Source: Clostridia bacterium
Lineage (GTDB): Bacteria; Bacillota; Clostridia; Oscillospirales; Acutalibacteraceae
Direction of reading: 5' to 3'
Assembly: GCA_017502085.1 (NCBI GenBank)
Contig: JAFVVQ010000037.1
Location: 569 to 64,568 of the forward strand
DNA: 64,000 bases
Positions within the stretch are counted from its first letter, which is position 1; the number at the start of each line of letters is the position of its first letter. The notes under the pieces were generated by a model. It searched no databases, was not told where the DNA came from, and was given only the letters and a program-made list of their open reading frames with translations. Shown here in pieces: positions 29,293 to 39,881 of this stretch. Made by a program: the position numbers and the translations under genes.

Positions 29293-29325
29293 AATCCGCT
29301 TTGCTTTGGCAAGGCGGATTTTTTT
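29293..29325 (+). terminator. Intrinsic terminator after rpmA
   Basis: AATCCGCTTTGC / GCAAGGCGGATT followed by a T tract. Confidence 0.85.
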
Positions 29326-29332
29326 ATCTCAG

Positions 29333-29376
29333 AAAAAATAAAACGCAGACTGCCGAGAAAACAGTCTGCGTTTTTT
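29333..29376 (-). terminator. Terminator of the DUF378 gene
   Basis: AAAACGCAGACTG / CAGTCTGCGTTTT stem with flanking A/T tracts. Confidence 0.8.
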
Positions 29377-29381
29377 CTTTA

Positions 29382-29606
29382 TCATCGCATATCGTCATCA
29401 GTGTGCACAACCGCAGCTTCTGTGTCTCTGAAGAGCAACGAAATGCACCAGATACCTGCGAGCGCAACGAGGGTGTAAACGATTCTGCTGAGAATCGCAC
29501 CTTGACCGCCGAAAATCCAGGCAACGAGGTCAAATTGGAAAAGACCGATGCTGCCCCAGTTGAGAGCGCCCACGATAACGAGAGCCAGTGAAATTTTGTC
29601 AAGCAT
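29382..29606 (-). CDS. DUF378 family small membrane protein (YuzA-like)
   Basis: LALVIVGALNWGSIGLFQFDLVAWIFGG...SRIVYTLV; RBS AGGAG. Confidence 0.92.
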   Translation of the reverse strand: MLDKISLALVIVGALNWGSIGLFQFDLVAWIFGGQGAILSRIVYTLVALAGIWCISLLFRDTEAAVVHTDDDMR

Positions 29607-29637
29607 AGCTTCAACTCCTATCTTTGCTTTTCACAGA

Positions 29638-29667
29638 TAGTATGAACAGAAGCTATGCTTGTTATTC
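29638..29667 (-). promoter_or_regulatory. Sporulation sigma-G-type promoter
   Basis: On the minus strand, GAATA-18 bp-CATACTA matches the sigma-G consensus GNATA-N18-CATACTA; sigma-E overlap is possible. Confidence 0.7.
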
Positions 29668-29683
29668 ATGTTTATGAAATTTT

Positions 29684-30235
29684 TTAAAATTCAAAATCAA
29701 CGTCGCTGTCTTTCAGGAGGGGAGCGGCGGTATCCTTTGCGGAAAGGATCGGATTTTCAACGCCCCAATCAACACCGATATCGGGGTCACACCAGCAGAT
29801 GCTTCTGTCGTTTTCGGGTGAATAGAAATCGTCAACCTTGTATGAAAGCTCAACGTTATCCGAAACGGTCAGAAATCCGTGCAGACAACCCTTGGGTATG
29901 AAAAGCATCTTGTGGTTTTCGTCTGAAAGTTCAACCGCAACCCATTTCTTATATGTAGGAGAGCCTTTTCTGATGTCGACTGCAACGTCGATAATTTTTC
30001 CTCTTGTGCAGGAAACGAGCTTTGCCTGGGATTTTGGGTTTTTCTGGCAGTGCAGACCCCTGAGCGTACCTGCCTTTTCGGAAAACGAACGGTTATCCTG
30101 AATGAAATCGGCATTGATGCCGTATTCTTCAAAAATCTTTTTAGAGTATGATTCATAGAACCAGCCTCTGTTGTCGCCGATAACCTTTGGCTCAACGATA
30201 ATTACGCCTTCGATCCCGGTTTTCACAAAATTCAT
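29684..30235 (-). CDS. rfbC: dTDP-4-dehydrorhamnose 3,5-epimerase
   Basis: [39 protein letters not shown]; start re-assigned to ATG 30235 (RBS GGAGG). Confidence 0.95.
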   Translation of the reverse strand: MNFVKTGIEGVIIVEPKVIGDNRGWFYESYSKKIFEEYGINADFIQDNRSFSEKAGTLRGLHCQKNPKSQAKLVSCTRGKIIDVAVDIRKGSPTYKKWVAVELSDENHKMLFIPKGCLHGFLTVSDNVELSYKVDDFYSPENDRSICWCDPDIGVDWGVENPILSAKDTAAPLLKDSDVDFEF

Positions 30236-31161
30236 ATCTGTTCCTCCGTTCCCCAGCAGGGTCTTGCGCCGGGTCTGTCTGAGGAATAAAGAATCTTGCC
30301 TTCCGCAACGGCACGCAGATGCTGACCGTAAGAGGATTTGCCGTATTTTTCGGCTGAACGCAGAAGAGCCTCTCTGCTTATCCATCGCATATTATAAGCG
30401 ATTTCTTCGGGAGCGGAAATCTTGATTCCCTGAAGCTTTTCAACAGTGTGAATGAAATTCGCCGCATTCATCAGGTTTTCAACAGTACCGGTATCAAGCC
30501 AAGCAAAGCCTCTGCCCATCAGCTTGATGTCAAGGTCGCCGTTGTCAAGATACATCTGATTGATGTCGCTGATTTCAAGTTCACCTCTTTTTGAGGGTTT
30601 GAGAGATTTTGCATATTCAACGACTCTGTTATCATAGAAATAAAGGCCCGTAACTGCATAATTTGACTTCGGCACCTCGGGCTTTTCTTCGATTGAAACG
30701 GGGATTCCGTTTTCATCGAATTCAACAACGCCGAAACTCTGCGGATTATCAACGTAATATCCGAAAATAGTGGCTCTGCCTTTATTCTTTGCGGCAACTC
30801 GGAGCATATGACCGAGACCGTTACCGTAGAAAATGTTGTCACCGAGAACCATCGCAACGTCATCGTCGCCGATGAATTCTTCGCCGATGATAAATGCCTG
30901 AGCAAGTCCCTCGGGTTTTTCCTGAATTGCGTAGGAAAGGCTCAGACCGAACTGTCTGCCGTTGCCGAGAAGCTCCTTGAATCGGGGAGTATCGGTGGGG
31001 GTTGAAATAATAAGAATCTCACGGATGCCCGCGAGCATAAGTGTCGAAAGGGGATAATAAATCATGGGTTTATCGTAAACGGGAAGAAGCTGTTTACTGG
31101 TAACCATGGTCAGCGGATAGAGTCTTGTACCCGAGCCGCCGGCAAGAATAATGCCTTTCAT
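30232..31161 (-). CDS. rfbA: Glucose-1-phosphate thymidylyltransferase
   Basis: [53 protein letters not shown]. Confidence 0.97.
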   Translation of the reverse strand: MKGIILAGGSGTRLYPLTMVTSKQLLPVYDKPMIYYPLSTLMLAGIREILIISTPTDTPRFKELLGNGRQFGLSLSYAIQEKPEGLAQAFIIGEEFIGDDDVAMVLGDNIFYGNGLGHMLRVAAKNKGRATIFGYYVDNPQSFGVVEFDENGIPVSIEEKPEVPKSNYAVTGLYFYDNRVVEYAKSLKPSKRGELEISDINQMYLDNGDLDIKLMGRGFAWLDTGTVENLMNAANFIHTVEKLQGIKISAPEEIAYNMRWISREALLRSAEKYGKSSYGQHLRAVAEGKILYSSDRPGARPCWGTEEQI

Positions 31162-31345
31162 CAAACACACTCCATTTCATAACAAAGCAGTATTAATGAT
31201 TTGAAATTTATACTTTTGCAGTATATATTCGCTAATATAATACCATCTTTTGGTCAGAATGTCAAATAAATAAAGGTTACAATAGTGTAATCTTTATTTA
31301 TTTTGTTGATACTTAAACTATTGAAAGAAAAATTCAATTTAGTGG

Positions 31346-31392
31346 TTTACTTTTAAAAAATTATGTAATATAATAAAATGAACATTTGTTTA
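31346..31392 (+). promoter_or_regulatory. Sigma-A promoter and LexA box of uvrBA
   Basis: TTTACT(31346)-17 bp-TATAAT(31369); GAAC-ATTT-GTTT at 31380-31391 spanning the expected +1. Confidence 0.7.
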
Positions 31393-31410
31393 CACGAAGG
31401 AGGTCTGCAT

Positions 31411-33369
31411 ATGGACAAGTTTATTCTGCATTCGAATTATAAACCTATGGGTGACCAGCCTCAGGCGATAGCTGAGCTTGTTGACGGCATCAATAACGGC
31501 TGCACCGAGCAGACGCTTCTCGGAGTAACCGGCTCGGGCAAAACTTTTACGATGGCAAACGTCATTGCCGAGGTCAACAGACCGACGCTTGTTCTGGCGC
31601 ATAACAAAACACTTGCCGCCCAGCTTTGCAGTGAATTCCGCGAATTCTTTCCTGAAAATGCGGTTGAATATTTTGTTTCATACTATGATTATTATCAGCC
31701 TGAGGCCTATATTCCTACAACCGATACCTATATCGAAAAGGATTCGGCGGTCAATGATGAAATTGATAAACTCCGTCACTCCGCAACGTCGGCGCTGTCG
31801 GAAAGGCGTGACGTCATTATTGTTGCGAGTGTTTCCTGTATTTACACTCTCGGTGACCCGATTGATTATCGCAGTATGGTTATTTCTCTGCGTACGGGTA
31901 TGGAAAAAAGCAGGGATGAGCTGATTGAAAAGCTCGTTTCGATTCAGTATGAGCGCAACGACATTGATTTCAGCAGAAATAAATTCAGGGTCAGGGGAGA
32001 CGTTGTTGAAATCTTCCCCGTTTATTCTAACGAAAACGCATATCGGATTGAATTCTTCGGCGATGAAATCGACCGTATCAGTGAAATCAATGCGCTTACG
32101 GGTCAGGTTAAAAGCGTTGTGTCGCACGTTGCGATTTATCCTGCTTCGCACTATGTTATTTCACCTGACAAGATGGAAAAATCCATCAGCCTTATCTATG
32201 GCGAAATGCTTGACAGAGTAGCTCAATTTGAAAAAGAGGGAAAACTTCTCGAGGCTCAGCGTATCAGACAAAGAACGGAATACGATATCGAGATGCTTCG
32301 TGAAACGGGCTTCTGCAAGGGTATCGAAAATTATTCGAGGGTTATGTCGGGCAGAGAGCCGGGCTCCGCACCTTTCACACTTCTCAACTATTTTCCCGAT
32401 GATTTTCTGCTCTTTGTCGATGAATCCCACGTAACCCTGCCTCAGGTCAGAGCAATGTACGGCGGTGACAGAGCTAGAAAAGAAAGCCTGATTGAATTCG
32501 GATTCCGTCTGCCGTCGGCATACGATAACCGTCCGCTGACATTCGATGAATTCTACGAAAGAACGGGTCAGAAAGTATTTGTCAGTGCAACACCCGGTGA
32601 ATTTGAGAAAACAAGAAGTCAGCATACGGCGGAGCAGGTAATCAGACCGACGGGTCTGCTTGACCCTGAAATTTCCGTCAGACCCGTTGAGGGTCAGATT
32701 GACGATCTCGTTTCCGAAATCAACATCCGCACCCAAAAAGGCGAGAGGGTACTTGTTACAACCCTCACCAAACGAATGGCGGAGGATTTGACGGATTACC
32801 TTGAAAATCTCGGTATTAAGGTGCGATATATGCATCACGATATCGATACCATAGAAAGAATGGAGATTATACGAGGTCTGCGTCTGGGCGATTTTGACGT
32901 GCTAATCGGGATCAACCTTCTGCGTGAAGGTCTTGATATCCCCGAAGTGTCGCTTGTTGCGATTCTTGATGCTGATAAGGAGGGCTTCCTCCGCTCCGAA
33001 ACATCGCTTATCCAGACGATAGGCAGAGCCGCAAGAAACTCCGGAGGCACGGTCATAATGTATGCCGATACGGTAACTCCTTCTATGGAGAGGGCTATCA
33101 CCGAAACAAACCGTCGCCGTGAAAAACAGATGAAATATAATGCGGAGAACGGCATAACTCCGAAAACAATTGTAAAGGATGTCAGAGAGATAATTGAAAT
33201 CTCTGCAAAATCCGATGATGAAAAACCGATTTCAAAGATGAGCAAGAAAGAAAGAGAGCAGATGATAATCAAGCTCACTGCAGAGATGAAAGCGGCTGCA
33301 AAAATCCTTGAATTTGAGCATGCCGCATATCTGCGCGATAAAATTGAAAAGCTCAGAAGAGGTAAATGA
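31411..33369 (+). CDS. uvrB: Excinuclease ABC subunit B
   Basis: [31 protein letters not shown]-terminal UVR domain; RBS AAGGAGG. Confidence 0.98.
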   Translation: MDKFILHSNYKPMGDQPQAIAELVDGINNGCTEQTLLGVTGSGKTFTMANVIAEVNRPTLVLAHNKTLAAQLCSEFREFFPENAVEYFVSYYDYYQPEAYIPTTDTYIEKDSAVNDEIDKLRHSATSALSERRDVIIVASVSCIYTLGDPIDYRSMVISLRTGMEKSRDELIEKLVSIQYERNDIDFSRNKFRVRGDVVEIFPVYSNENAYRIEFFGDEIDRISEINALTGQVKSVVSHVAIYPASHYVISPDKMEKSISLIYGEMLDRVAQFEKEGKLLEAQRIRQRTEYDIEMLRETGFCKGIENYSRVMSGREPGSAPFTLLNYFPDDFLLFVDESHVTLPQVRAMYGGDRARKESLIEFGFRLPSAYDNRPLTFDEFYERTGQKVFVSATPGEFEKTRSQHTAEQVIRPTGLLDPEISVRPVEGQIDDLVSEINIRTQKGERVLVTTLTKRMAEDLTDYLENLGIKVRYMHHDIDTIERMEIIRGLRLGDFDVLIGINLLREGLDIPEVSLVAILDADKEGFLRSETSLIQTIGRAARNSGGTVIMYADTVTPSMERAITETNRRREKQMKYNAENGITPKTIVKDVREIIEISAKSDDEKPISKMSKKEREQMIIKLTAEMKAAAKILEFEHAAYLRDKIEKLRRGK

Positions 33370-33371
33370 TA

Positions 33372-36209
33372 ATGGCAATAAAAAACCTGACCGTCAAGGG
33401 TGCAAGGGAGCATAACCTTAAAAATATCGATATTTCCGTGCCCAGGGATAAGCTTGTTGTTTTCACAGGACTTTCGGGTAGCGGAAAATCGTCCCTTGCC
33501 TTTGACACCATATACGCAGAGGGTCAGCGCAGATACGTTGAATCCCTTTCGTCATATGCAAGACAGTTTCTCGGTCAAATGGAAAAACCCGCCGTTGAAA
33601 GCATAGAAGGACTTTCACCCGCTATTTCCATCGACCAGAAAACAACTTCAAAAAACCCCCGTTCAACCGTAGGTACGGTTACTGAGATTTATGATTATCT
33701 TCGTTTGCTTTATGCCAGAATAGGCATTCCGCATTGTCCCGAATGCGGCAGAGAAATAGCCAGGCAGACCGTTGACGATATAACGGGACAGGTCCTTGAG
33801 CTTGACGAAGGAACGAGAATTCAGATTATGGCACCGATTGCCCGAGGCAAAAAAGGTGAGTTTGTCAAGGAACTTGAAAACATCCGCAAAAGCGGTTATG
33901 CAAGAGTCAGAGTGGATTCAATTACCTATGATCTGACCGAAGATATAAAGCTTGATAAAAATATAAAGCACAATATCGAGGTTATCGTTGACCGACTTGT
34001 TATTAAAGACGGTATCCGATCAAGACTTGCCGACTCAATTGAGACGGCGGTAGGATTGACGGAGGGTCTGCTTATGGTCGACGTTATCGGCGGAGACGAA
34101 ATTCTTTTTTCTCTTAACTATGCCTGCCCCGAGCACGGCGTCAGCATTGAAGAGCTTGAGCCACGTTCTTTTTCGTTCAACAATCCCTTCGGTGCTTGTC
34201 CTAAATGTCTCGGTCTCGGCGTGTTTATGCACATTGATCCAAACCTTATTGTGCCCGATATGAGTCTTTCGATAAGCGAAGGGGCTATCAAGGCAAGCGG
34301 TTGGAGCAATGCAGACGGTGGCACGATAGCACGTATGTATTTTGAAGGTCTTGCAAATGCATACGGATTCTCGCTCGATACTCCGTTTGAAAAGCTGCCG
34401 AAGAAGGCACAAGACGTCATCTTCTACGGTACAAAGGGCAAAAAAATAAAGCTTGAGCGCAGAAGTGAATACGGCTCGGGCACGTATATGACGGATTTTG
34501 AAGGCGTAATCACAAATCTTGAGAGACGCTATACCGAAACAACCAGCGAATATTCGAGAAACGAAATCGAAAGTTATATGATTACCGATAAGTGTCCCGA
34601 GTGCGGTGGCGCAAGGCTTCGTAAGGAGTCGCTCGGAGTAACCGTCGGCGGTATCAATATAGATGAATTTGTCAACAAATCAATCAATGAGTCACTCGAA
34701 TTTCTTGATTCCCTTATCCTTAGCGAAAGGGAGGAGATGATAGCAAACCTTATCATCAAAGAAATCAGAAGCAGACTGCATTTTCTTTCCAGCGTGGGTC
34801 TTGATTATCTTTCGCTTGCTCGTTCATCCGCAACGCTTTCGGGCGGTGAAGCACAAAGAATCCGACTCGCAACACAGATTGGCTCTTCTCTTATGGGCGT
34901 TCTGTATATTCTTGATGAGCCGAGTATAGGTCTGCATCAGAGGGATAACGAGAAGTTGATTGCAACTCTCCGCCATCTTCGTGATATAGGCAATACGCTT
35001 ATCGTTGTTGAACACGATGAGGACACTATGCGGGCGGCTGATTATATTGTCGATGTCGGTCCGGGTGCCGGTATTCACGGCGGAGAGATTGTAGCCTGCG
35101 GCTCGATCGATGATATTATTGCGTGTGAAAAATCGCTGACGGGTCAGTATCTCAGTGGCAAAAAGTTCATTCCGATTCCTGAAAAACGCAGAGCGGGTAA
35201 CGGTAAAAAACTTGTCGTTTACGGTGCGGAGGAAAATAATCTCAAGGGAATTGACGTTGAGTTTCCGCTCGGAACATTTATCTGTGTCACAGGTGTATCG
35301 GGCAGCGGTAAGTCCTCGCTTATCAATGAAATTCTTAACAAGCATCTTGCTAGCGAGCTCAACAAAGCAAAAAAGATTGCGGGCAAGCATAAGAGTATCA
35401 GCGGTACGGAATATCTCGATAAGGTTATCAATATTGACCAGTCTCCGATAGGCAGAACTCCAAGATCGAATCCCGCAACCTATACGGGTGTTTTCAACGA
35501 TATCAGAGAGCTTTTCGCCTCGACCGTTGATGCAAAGAAAAAAGGCTACAAGGCAAACCGTTTTTCGTTCAACGTCAAGGGCGGCAGATGTGAAGCCTGT
35601 CAGGGTGACGGCATTGTGAAAATTGAAATGCATTTCCTTGCCGATATATATGTGCCTTGTGAGGTCTGCCGAGGTCAGCGTTATAACAACGAAACACTCG
35701 AGGTCAGATACAAGGGTAAGAATATCCACGATATTCTTGAAATGACGGTTGAAGAGGGAATGAATTTCTTTGAGAATATTCCCAAAATCCATCGCAAGAT
35801 AAAGACACTCTATGACGTTGGTCTGGGATATATTAAAATCGGTCAGCCTGCAACAACGCTTTCGGGCGGTGAGGCGCAGAGAGTCAAACTTGCGACCGAA
35901 CTTTCCAAACATTCAACGGGCAAAACCATTTATATTCTTGATGAGCCTACAACGGGTCTTCATACCGCTGATGTTCACAGACTCATTGATGTTCTTCAGA
36001 GGTTTGCGGATTCGGGCAACACGGTGCTTGTAATTGAGCATAATCTTGATGTTATCAAGGTAGCCGACCATATTATCGACCTCGGTCCCGAGGGTGGTAA
36101 CGGCGGCGGAGAGATTGTTGCTGTCGGAACACCTGAAGAGGTTGCTGCCAACCCGAAATCATATACGGGTCATTATTTAAAGAAAATACTGACAGATAAT
36201 AAGGCATAA
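33372..36209 (+). CDS. uvrA: Excinuclease ABC subunit A
   Basis: Two ABC domains ([26 protein letters not shown] twice) and CxxC zinc fingers. Confidence 0.98.
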   Translation: MAIKNLTVKGAREHNLKNIDISVPRDKLVVFTGLSGSGKSSLAFDTIYAEGQRRYVESLSSYARQFLGQMEKPAVESIEGLSPAISIDQKTTSKNPRSTVGTVTEIYDYLRLLYARIGIPHCPECGREIARQTVDDITGQVLELDEGTRIQIMAPIARGKKGEFVKELENIRKSGYARVRVDSITYDLTEDIKLDKNIKHNIEVIVDRLVIKDGIRSRLADSIETAVGLTEGLLMVDVIGGDEILFSLNYACPEHGVSIEELEPRSFSFNNPFGACPKCLGLGVFMHIDPNLIVPDMSLSISEGAIKASGWSNADGGTIARMYFEGLANAYGFSLDTPFEKLPKKAQDVIFYGTKGKKIKLERRSEYGSGTYMTDFEGVITNLERRYTETTSEYSRNEIESYMITDKCPECGGARLRKESLGVTVGGINIDEFVNKSINESLEFLDSLILSEREEMIANLIIKEIRSRLHFLSSVGLDYLSLARSSATLSGGEAQRIRLATQIGSSLMGVLYILDEPSIGLHQRDNEKLIATLRHLRDIGNTLIVVEHDEDTMRAADYIVDVGPGAGIHGGEIVACGSIDDIIACEKSLTGQYLSGKKFIPIPEKRRAGNGKKLVVYGAEENNLKGIDVEFPLGTFICVTGVSGSGKSSLINEILNKHLASELNKAKKIAGKHKSISGTEYLDKVINIDQSPIGRTPRSNPATYTGVFNDIRELFASTVDAKKKGYKANRFSFNVKGGRCEACQGDGIVKIEMHFLADIYVPCEVCRGQRYNNETLEVRYKGKNIHDILEMTVEEGMNFFENIPKIHRKIKTLYDVGLGYIKIGQPATTLSGGEAQRVKLATELSKHSTGKTIYILDEPTTGLHTADVHRLIDVLQRFADSGNTVLVIEHNLDVIKVADHIIDLGPEGGNGGGEIVAVGTPEEVAANPKSYTGHYLKKILTDNKA

Positions 36210-36213
36210 AAGA

Positions 36214-36250
36214 AAGCCGTCGGATTTCTCCGACGGCTTGATTCTTTTTT
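36214..36250. terminator. Bidirectional terminator
   Basis: AAGCCGTCGGA / TCCGACGGCTT between convergent genes. Confidence 0.85.
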
Positions 36251-36252
36251 AC

Positions 36253-37935
36253 TTATGCAGCTGCCTGCTGAGCAAGGTTGAGTCTGATTTTATCGCAGAA
36301 TTCTTTGGATACCTTTGCGATGTTTTCTTTGTTTTCGACCATCTTATACTTGCCTTCTTCGCCGATGATGGCTTCGAATGCATCGCCGTAAACTTCTTCC
36401 TGAATAGCTTCACGAACTGTGAGCTTCCAGTCGGGACCGTTACTCTTTACATAATACATAATGTGATAACCGTATTCGGTTTCAACGATTTCGCAGTCGC
36501 CTGTTTTTCTTGCGGGGTCGATTGCCCAATTCTTGAAGCTGGCAACATAGTTTGAGTTGGGTCTGATATCTTCATAGAGACCGCCGTTTTCTGTTGAAGC
36601 GGTATCCTCGTTATACTTCTTGACGATAGCCTTGAAAGCGTCTTCAGTGCCGCCTGCCTTGAGCCATTCGTCCTTGATTTCGTTAGCCTTCTTGCTTGCA
36701 GCCTGCTTGATTTCGTCGGTGGGCTTGTCGCCTTCCTTCTCAACGTCAAACTTGATCAGGCAGTGACGTACGTCAGCGCTGACACCCTCGTATGCGGGGT
36801 TGCCGATAAGAACAACGATAGCGGCTTTGTCTGTTGTGAATACGTTTTTGTCGCCGATCTTGCGAGCGGAATCAAAGATCCACTTTGCAGCATCTTCTGA
36901 AAGGCTGGTTTTGAGAGCTGCAAATGTTGCACCCTTGTTTTCAACTGTGGGATCAACTTCTGTGGGCTTTGTGCCTTCCTTGAGGTTGCTGTTCTTGTGC
37001 TCAAGTGCAGCTGTCTTGAAAGTTTCAGCGTCTGTGATCTTTTCAAGCATTGCTTTTGCAGCATCAATCTTGGGCTGGTTAGCTTCGTTCTTTCTCTTGG
37101 TGAATTCTTCTTCAGTTTCTGCAGAAGCCTTTGTAAGAGTGTCAAAAGAAATTGTGTAGGAACGGATATCCGCGTAGTTATATGTTTTGGGATCTTCCTT
37201 GTATTTCTTTTCGACCTGTTCGTCAGTGACTGTTTCGTGAGCCTTCTTCTGGACATCTTCGTTATAACGTGAAGCGATGAGCTCCATTTCAAGAAGCTGA
37301 CGCAGACCCTTTTCATTCAGACCCTTTGAGTAGTTGGCTCTGATGAATGCGTTGAGTGAGTAGCTGTTTTTCTTAGCCTGTTCACTGATGGAAGCGATGG
37401 CTTCGTCAATCTGCTTCTGTTCTTCTTCGTTAATTTTGTAACCTTCTGCAACAGCGTCTGTATAAAGAGCTAACTGCTGGAAAGCAAGGTTTGAAGCATA
37501 GTTTGCGATAGCGGTGTCATAATAAACGATGTTACCGTCTTCGTCTTTCTGGTTTGTGGAAACTTCATCGGGAGCCTTGTCGAGAGGGAAGCCCATTGAC
37601 ATACCCTGCTGCTGATAGGTGGATTCCATCTGTGCATAGTACTGATAAGCCATTGAGTAATAGTAGTTGTACTGAGCAACGGAAACCTTTTCGTCACCGA
37701 CGGAGATAGCTGTTGAGAATTTCTCAACAACGCCGAAGTGGTCAACAATTGCCCAACCGATACCTGCAACGATGGCAACCGCAACGAGAACGGCAGCGGC
37801 CTTTTTGCCAATTTCTAAAGCAACTGTGCGTGATTTAACGTTTTTGGCGTTTTTCTTTGCTGCCTTAGCTAACCTTTCTTTTCGTTCCTCGCGATAGAGC
37901 TCGGCTTTGCTTTTGGAGCTTTCGTTTTTAGCCAT
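36253..37935 (-). CDS. Membrane-anchored parvulin-type peptidylprolyl isomerase (PrsA/SurA-like foldase)
   Basis: Basic N-tail, one TM helix, SurA-like helical region, ADVRHCLI, ENGGLY, ETEYGYHIM; start re-assigned to ATG 37935. Confidence 0.85.
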   Translation of the reverse strand: MAKNESSKSKAELYREERKERLAKAAKKNAKNVKSRTVALEIGKKAAAVLVAVAIVAGIGWAIVDHFGVVEKFSTAISVGDEKVSVAQYNYYYSMAYQYYAQMESTYQQQGMSMGFPLDKAPDEVSTNQKDEDGNIVYYDTAIANYASNLAFQQLALYTDAVAEGYKINEEEQKQIDEAIASISEQAKKNSYSLNAFIRANYSKGLNEKGLRQLLEMELIASRYNEDVQKKAHETVTDEQVEKKYKEDPKTYNYADIRSYTISFDTLTKASAETEEEFTKRKNEANQPKIDAAKAMLEKITDAETFKTAALEHKNSNLKEGTKPTEVDPTVENKGATFAALKTSLSEDAAKWIFDSARKIGDKNVFTTDKAAIVVLIGNPAYEGVSADVRHCLIKFDVEKEGDKPTDEIKQAASKKANEIKDEWLKAGGTEDAFKAIVKKYNEDTASTENGGLYEDIRPNSNYVASFKNWAIDPARKTGDCEIVETEYGYHIMYYVKSNGPDWKLTVREAIQEEVYGDAFEAIIGEEGKYKMVENKENIAKVSKEFCDKIRLNLAQQAAA

Positions 37936-38068
37936 TTTGTTTTCATCCTTTTCTCTGAGAATTAAATGCCTGCGCAAAGCGCCTCGGCACAATGTATATA
38001 TCTTATACTATTTTTAAAGATTTTACAAGCCTTTTTTTATGAATTTTTAATGTTTAATGCGGAAAGTG

Positions 38069-39034
38069 TTATAAATTTCCGCTCATAAACTCATTTTTGA
38101 ACCATATGTCGGGTACTTCGAAGCTCTTTTGGTTGAGATAATTGAGAATACCTGCATCACTTGTGAAGGTGAATTTCAGACGGTAGGAATATAAAAACTG
38201 TTTTTTGTAGCCTCCGTAAGCCTTATTGAGTTCGTTTGTACCGTATTTGCCGTCGCCGAGCAGGGGATGACCGATACTTGAGAAGTGCGCTCTTATCTGA
38301 TGTGTTCTGCCCGTGAGGAGTTCAACTTCTACGAGGCTCAGCCCCTTCTTTTCATCAATGACGGAATATTTTGTGCGAATTTCCTTTGCACCGTTTCGTT
38401 TCTGGGTGAAAACCGCAACTTTGTTCTTTTTTTCATCCTTGATGAGCCAACCCTCGAGGGTACCGCTTTTTCGTTTCAAAGTGCCGTGAATAACACAAAG
38501 ATAATATTTTTCGAGTTCTCTGTCTTTGAGTTTACGGTTGAGAATGCGCAGACTTTCCGCGTTTTTGGCGGCAATGACAATACCGCCCGTATTACGGTCA
38601 ATTCTGTTGACAAGAGACGGCGTGAAGCTGTTTTCGTCTTTTGGGTTATATTCGCCCTTTTCGTAGAGATAACGCTTGATTCGTGTGATGAGAGTGTCAT
38701 TATATTCCGTTTCGTCGGGGTGCGAAAGCAGACCGACTTTCTTGTCGAGAAGCATAATGTTTTCATCTTCATAGATTATATCGAGATTTTTCGATGCATG
38801 AAGAAAATCGTAATGCTCCTTGACAGGGGCAAAAAATTCGTCGTTGATATACATATCAATAACGTCTCCGACGGCAAGTTTCTGCGAAATTTCGCCTCTT
38901 TTGCCGTTGACTTTTATTCTTTTCATTCTGATATATTTATACATCAGGGATTGCGGAAGGTTGGGTACGGCTTTTGAGATGAATTTATCCAGTCTTTGTC
39001 CGGAATCGTTTTTTGCTATTGAGAAGCTTTTCAA
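38069..39034 (-). CDS. RluA family pseudouridine synthase with S4 domain
   Basis: GQRLDKF, NRIDRNTGG catalytic Asp, TGRTHQIRAH, GDGKYG; TTG start with GGAGG. Confidence 0.93.
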   Translation of the reverse strand: MKSFSIAKNDSGQRLDKFISKAVPNLPQSLMYKYIRMKRIKVNGKRGEISQKLAVGDVIDMYINDEFFAPVKEHYDFLHASKNLDIIYEDENIMLLDKKVGLLSHPDETEYNDTLITRIKRYLYEKGEYNPKDENSFTPSLVNRIDRNTGGIVIAAKNAESLRILNRKLKDRELEKYYLCVIHGTLKRKSGTLEGWLIKDEKKNKVAVFTQKRNGAKEIRTKYSVIDEKKGLSLVEVELLTGRTHQIRAHFSSIGHPLLGDGKYGTNELNKAYGGYKKQFLYSYRLKFTFTSDAGILNYLNQKSFEVPDIWFKNEFMSGNL

Positions 39035-39135
39035 AAAAATTCCTCCGATTGTCGCAAAATGAATAATAAGGTTGAAAAATATTGCTTAACGTGTATAATA
39101 TATCCGAAAGACAGTTCTTTAAGGAGACTATCTGT

Positions 39136-39840
39136 ATGGAAGAGAAAAATAAGAATCTTCACGCCAAACACAGAGCAAGAATGCGTGAAATGATAAGAAA
39201 AACGGGAATTGAAGATATTCCCGATATAAATCTGCTGGAGTATCTGCTTTTTTATTCGATACCGAGGAAGAATACCAATGATATTGCACACCGTCTGCTC
39301 AATACATTCGGATCGCTCAACGGAGTGCTCAATGCAGGCTATGACCGTTTGCTGGAGGTTGAAGGTATGGGTGAAAGCTCGGCATTGCTGATATCGTTGA
39401 TTCCGGGCATCAGCAGAAAATACGTTGAGAGTGCCGAAAAGGGGAAAATCAATCTTGCCGAGCCGGGAGATGCAATCGAATATATCAAAACAAAATACTA
39501 TGGTGAACAGAACGAGATTTTTTATGTGATTTGTCTTGATGCAATCGGTAATCTTATAAACTGTTGCAAACTTGCGGAAGGCTCACCGGAAACGGTTGTT
39601 ATCGATAAAAGGAGTATCCTTGAGGTTGTGCTCAGAAACAACGCGGATACCGTTATTGTTGCTCACAACCATCCCAACGGTATAGCGGCACCGTCAAAGA
39701 ACGATCTCGATATGACGGGAGACCTTCAGTCACTTTTCCGCAAGATCGGAATCAGACTTGCCGACCATATCATAGTTGCGGGGAACGATGCTCTTTCTAT
39801 GGCATCGGCATCGAGGTCTTCGATACTTTTCAGAAAATAA
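39136..39840 (+). CDS. radC: RadC family protein (HhH + JAB domain)
   Basis: HRARMR, LLFYSIPRKNTN, VEGMG, AHNHPNG...PSKND, DHIIV. Confidence 0.93.
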   Translation: MEEKNKNLHAKHRARMREMIRKTGIEDIPDINLLEYLLFYSIPRKNTNDIAHRLLNTFGSLNGVLNAGYDRLLEVEGMGESSALLISLIPGISRKYVESAEKGKINLAEPGDAIEYIKTKYYGEQNEIFYVICLDAIGNLINCCKLAEGSPETVVIDKRSILEVVLRNNADTVIVAHNHPNGIAAPSKNDLDMTGDLQSLFRKIGIRLADHIIVAGNDALSMASASRSSILFRK

Positions 39841-39848
39841 AAGATTTA

Positions 39849-39876
39849 AGCGGCAGGTAAATCCTGCCGCTGTTTT
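39849..39876. terminator. Terminator between radC and the GH5 gene
   Basis: AGCGGCAGG / CCTGCCGCT followed by GTTTT. Confidence 0.75.
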
Positions 39877-39881
39877 GTTGC

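Noticed and set aside
29600-29661. 13-bp inverted repeat as an invertible (phase-variable) promoter
   Set aside because: It encloses only 36 bp, one arm lies in the coding start, and no recombinase is nearby; an RNA hairpin explains it better. Read-level inversion data could reopen this.
19179-36209. Sense-codon reassignment (e.g. Arg codons read as Met, Gln or Trp)
   Set aside because: Conserved motifs in Lon, LysA, FolD, UvrA and UvrB translate normally under the standard code, with no misplaced Arg residues noticed.
39136-39840. radC as a marker of a mobile or anti-restriction element
   Set aside because: It is the full-length HhH+JAB chromosomal form in a housekeeping context with no mobile genes.
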